DNA of 20,000 nt from Chrysochromulina tobinii (taxonomy: Eukaryota). Where the stretch lies: positions 47,536-67,535 of the forward strand of contig JWZX01003278.1 of NCBI GenBank assembly GCA_001275005.1, in the 5' to 3' direction. Position 1 is the stretch's first letter; each line of letters starts with the position of its first letter. The position numbers were made by a program, and so were the translations under genes. Below are positions 16,570-20,000 of this stretch, one piece after another. Below the pieces are notes generated by a model. That model had not been told where the DNA came from. It was given only the letters and a program-made list of their open reading frames with translations, and did not search any database.

Positions 16570-16975
16570 GTGAACCAAAAGCGGCAACCCCGACGGGACC
16601 GACGTCCGTGCGCCACGCGGACGCCCCCGGCCCGCCGACGCGCCGCACGTGAGTCGTGACGGGGCCATCGGGAAGATCGCGCATGGATGAGGATGTCACC
16701 GTTGCCGTTACCGTTACGCAATAGGATAAACCGAGCAGCTTGCTCGCGTACACAAAACACACGTCTTTCCAGATCCACTTTCGCGCATCGCGGTTGAACG
16801 ACGCCGCGGGCGATCGGGATCGTCATCGTGTACCTCCCCGGACCCCGCGCACTGGCGGGGCCACCGCGGGATGGAGGCCGGCCCGTGGAGCGTGGTCGGC
16901 CCTCGCCACCCGCCCGGCCGCTACGCAGTTGAGAGAGTTGCTTACTCTACTTCGAGATACGCTACGATTGTACGA

Positions 16976-16976
16976 A

Positions 16977-17025
<49 letters not shown>

Positions 17026-17040
17026 CGCACGCACGCACGC
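16976..17040. repeat. (ACGC)n tetranucleotide microsatellite
   Basis: 12 perfect ACGC units (16976-17023), a one-base A insertion, then 4 more units. It lies between the convergent 3' ends of two genes. Confidence 0.97.
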
Positions 17041-17142
17041 GCCGCTAAATATTTTCCGTTGGTTGAGGGTCGCGCGTTGTACGTGGCGTCTCTCGGGCTC
17101 GCCGTCTCTGACCGCGGTTGCGCGGTCCGCGGAGGAAGTTAC

Positions 17143-19836
17143 CTACGACAGCGGTACGTTCTCCAGCTTTTCATCGATGACCGCGTGCATCGCGGCGGAG
17201 CGCACTTGCTTGGCGATCTCGATGCGAAGGGCGCCGACGTCTGCCACCTCAAGCACGACGCTGGGCTTCTTGGTGCTTTTTCGATCATCCACGCTCCGTG
17301 AGCGCCTTAGCATGCGGTTAAGCTCGCGAAAGGAGATTGAGCCACCTCCATCGCTATCAAAGGAGTCGAACAGCTCGTCGATGTCTTCGGGATCAGCCCA
17401 CATTCCAAGCTCGGGCAGCGCGCGGCGGAACTCTGCCTTCGTGATGGTGCCGTCACCATCCTTGTCCCAGCTGTTGAAGAGAGCGACGACGCGCTGCGCC
17501 TGATCGATGAGCGCCGACCGCAGCTGGTCGACCACCGCTCCGCCTCGGGATGCGCCAGCACCGGGGCTGCCATCGCCGACCGTCTCTGAGAGCTTGGCGT
17601 CCTTGTACATCCTCCAGATCTCCTCGTTGGTCTTCTGCCAAACCGTCACTGAGAGGTCGTCAAGTGAGATGTAGCCCTCCTGGACGTCACGGCTCTCTTC
17701 GATGTCGTGGAAGATGATCTCAGTCGATAGAAGGCGCTCACGCTCGTCCGCGCCTGATGAGAAGCGCAGGTGCTTGAATAACGCGTGCGCGTCGTGCGCG
17801 CTCAGCCTGTGTCGTGCGGGATCGGCCTGCTGCTTCCATGTCTCGATCCGCATCTGAAGGGCCTCGGCGTTTTGGAAGAGACCCTCGAGCAAGTGCAGCT
17901 TGTCCTGGCTCCACTTTCCGACCAGCGACATCAGCTCCTCCTTGACCTTCTCCTGGACCTGCATGCGCTTTACTGCCTTCCGCAGCCGACCGATGGCGCT
18001 AGATTCGCTGCTGTCGTGGGCTGACGCAGTCGCTTCAACACTCTGGTGCTGCGTCGCGGAGGCGCGGAAGTCCATCTTCTTGACGCCCAAAATGCCAAGA
18101 TCGGCGCTCACTAGGTTTGCAGCCTCCGTCGCAGGCGGCAGTGGCGGGATCAACTCGGCCTGCCTGATGGGCCGATCGTGGTGAATCCGTTTATGCAGAG
18201 CGGCTGCTTCCCGGACGTGACGCGGCGCACCGCCGCGCTTGAGTGCACCGGAGAGGTCGGTGAGGGCAAGCTGATCGCTGGTGCGGGCGGCGCCCTGCGC
18301 CGCCTTGTCGCGCACGGTCGTATGCGGGGCCGTCAGCAAGGCCTCCGGGCTCGCCCACATGTCGAAGAGGCGGTCGATGGCATTCGACGGTGCGCTGAGC
18401 CCGAGCAGCGCGACGCCCTTGTGGAATTCGGCACGGCTCACGCTGCCGAGGTTCTTGGCGTCGAACGTTGCGAAATGCTCGAGAGTACGCCCGGCGCACC
18501 GGCAGAGTGAGCGGCGCAGCACTGTAACCACCTGCTCGTCGGTGAGGCCGTCCGTGTCGATGGGCGGAGGTCGCCACGGCTGCTCGGCGCCGGCCTGGGG
18601 CGGCGAGCGGGTGGGCGAGCGGGTGGGCGAGCGGGTGGGCGAGCGGTTGGTGTTGTGCGCGCTGTCGGCGAGGGCGACGACCCCAGGTTCGGTGACTCCA
18701 AGGTCCTCGACAGAGATCTCAAGACGAATCGGGCACATGCCCGACGCCAGCTCTATGGGCAGCATGCTTAGCCGCGCTCTATAGACCGACGGGGGAGGCA
18801 CCGCGGGGGGAGGCAAAGGAGGCATAGCTGCAGGATCGGCGCTCGCTCGCGCCTCATCTAGATGGTCCACGTCGAATTCGAGGAAGACATGGCAGACCCC
18901 TGTGGGCAGCCCGAGCGTCTTCATGAGCAGCCGCGCAAGTGGCGGCGCTGTCGTCTCCTCAAGCTCACGCGCCGCCTCCGCCCTCTGCTCTCGCGCCGCC
19001 TCTTCCCTCTGCTGCTCGCGCCGCAACTTGCTGAGCGCCGAGCCGTACTCCTCGACGGTGATGTCGGCGGCCTCCTTGGCCGCCTTAAGCGTGGCCAGAG
19101 ACTGCGACGCGTACTCCTCGACAGTGATGTGGCCCGCCTCTTTGGCCGCCTTGAGCGCACCCAGAGACTTGGACGCTCCATGTGGGGCGGAGGCGTTCGC
19201 CTTCTCGAAGCCCGGGGCCTTCCTTTTATCGGCGGGCGGTAGCGGCGCAAGGCTGGAAGGTGACAGAGAAGGAAGCCGGCCTGTCGACTTCGAGATGGCC
19301 TTTGCCGATTTGGATGTTCTCATCGTGCTATGAATTTGCCGCTCGACGATGAGAGCATCCAAATCATCATGCCACGACCTCGACACTTTGATTCCACCGT
19401 CTCGACGCTCGATGGCTGGCAACATGACGTTTGCTGCTTCAAGTTGCGCGTGCAGCTGGCGTCGAACCCTGGCTGGCAACGAAGATTCGAGTCTGGAGAG
19501 TTGATGTTCGCTCAATGAGTGCAGCCGTGCATGCAGTCGCTGCTCATGGCGCTGCACAGACTGCTGACCCAAGGGCAGGCCGTCCAGCTCAGCATTGAGG
19601 GCCGGGAGTGACGGAGGAGGACGCAGGAGTGAGCCAAAGAAAAGGCTCGCGTTCGGCGCTTGCGGTGGAGGGGCGCGGACGGCAGCGAGGCGTTCACGCT
19701 GTGCCGGCGGCACTTGCGAATGGGGGTGCCGGATGAGCTGCGGAGCAGGAACGTTGAAGAAACTGGCCACCGAGCTGTACGTTAAATCGGCCGCGGCTCG
19801 AAGAGCGCCGCGTACGTCGGCGCCCTCAGTTGGCAT
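17143..19836 (-). CDS. EF-hand calcium-binding domain protein (~897 aa) with Pro-rich linkers and a SHOCT-like tandem repeat
   Basis: C-terminal canonical pair WDKDGDGTITKAEF (loop 17466-17431) and FDSDGGGSISFREL (loop 17358-17323); degenerate EF pair FDAKNLGSVSRAEF...IDRLFDMW near 18470-18350. First ATG is at 19836 and there is an in-frame TAG upstream at 19944-19942. Additional exons cannot be excluded. Confidence 0.8.
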   Translation of the reverse strand: MPTEGADVRGALRAAADLTYSSVASFFNVPAPQLIRHPHSQVPPAQRERLAAVRAPPPQAPNASLFFGSLLRPPPSLPALNAELDGLPLGQQSVQRHEQRLHARLHSLSEHQLSRLESSLPARVRRQLHAQLEAANVMLPAIERRDGGIKVSRSWHDDLDALIVERQIHSTMRTSKSAKAISKSTGRLPSLSPSSLAPLPPADKRKAPGFEKANASAPHGASKSLGALKAAKEAGHITVEEYASQSLATLKAAKEAADITVEEYGSALSKLRREQQREEAAREQRAEAARELEETTAPPLARLLMKTLGLPTGVCHVFLEFDVDHLDEARASADPAAMPPLPPPAVPPPSVYRARLSMLPIELASGMCPIRLEISVEDLGVTEPGVVALADSAHNTNRSPTRSPTRSPTRSPPQAGAEQPWRPPPIDTDGLTDEQVVTVLRRSLCRCAGRTLEHFATFDAKNLGSVSRAEFHKGVALLGLSAPSNAIDRLFDMWASPEALLTAPHTTVRDKAAQGAARTSDQLALTDLSGALKRGGAPRHVREAAALHKRIHHDRPIRQAELIPPLPPATEAANLVSADLGILGVKKMDFRASATQHQSVEATASAHDSSESSAIGRLRKAVKRMQVQEKVKEELMSLVGKWSQDKLHLLEGLFQNAEALQMRIETWKQQADPARHRLSAHDAHALFKHLRFSSGADERERLLSTEIIFHDIEESRDVQEGYISLDDLSVTVWQKTNEEIWRMYKDAKLSETVGDGSPGAGASRGGAVVDQLRSALIDQAQRVVALFNSWDKDGDGTITKAEFRRALPELGMWADPEDIDELFDSFDSDGGGSISFRELNRMLRRSRSVDDRKSTKKPSVVLEVADVGALRIEIAKQVRSAAMHAVIDEKLENVPLS
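18602..18646 (-). repeat. 12-nt coding tandem repeat encoding RSPT-RSPT-RSPT-RSP
   Basis: About 3.7 copies of ggcgagcgggtg on the + strand. Confidence 0.85.
19045..19169 (-). repeat. 66-nt-period duplication encoding two SHOCT-like segments
   Basis: Copies at 19111-19169 and 19045-19103 encode SLGALKAAKEAGHITVEEY and SLATLKAAKEAADITVEEY. Confidence 0.8.
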
Positions 19837-20000
19837 GACACGGAGTGAGTACTCTTGCAAGTGCGGCCCAGACGGAATGCGGCGCGTTGAAACAGTCCGA
19901 AGTCTTCTACGTCTGCTCTTAGGAAACAGTTCTTTTTCACACTACCCTACGGGCCGGTCGCCGAGGCGTTTCCCTGTACTCCCGAGCGGTCCCCCCCACC

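Noticed and set aside
16740..17503. ORFs containing THAR/CVRA repeats
   Set aside because: Translations of the (ACGC)n microsatellite and antisense of the EF-hand gene.

Overview
GC-rich eukaryotic genomic DNA with compact gene spacing. A spliceosomal GT-AG intron with a GTGCGT donor, a (ACGC)n microsatellite and the protein families present suggest a microalga, possibly a haptophyte (inference only). There are four protein-coding genes: (1) a 5'-truncated, two-exon stomatin-like protein 2 (SPFH/Band 7) gene; (2) a giant, apparently intronless ~4,430-aa NLR-like STAND NTPase; (3) a family-16 (METTL21-like) SAM-dependent methyltransferase; (4) a convergent ~900-aa EF-hand protein. The giant protein is the main object of interest. 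Read by eye its order is: EF-hand pair, Ala/Glu coiled coil, RI-type LRR, two SH3b-like domains, unknown module X, NACHT (intact Walker A/B) interrupted by a ~440-aa insert containing a degenerate RelA/SpoT-type nucleotidyltransferase-like domain, a long LRR, a second copy of module X, a catalytically dead pseudo-NACHT, and a final LRR. A ~235-nt rod-like RNA-type secondary structure with G-U pairs and a GNRA-capped side helix lies just downstream of its stop codon. All domain calls come from motif recognition, not database searches.
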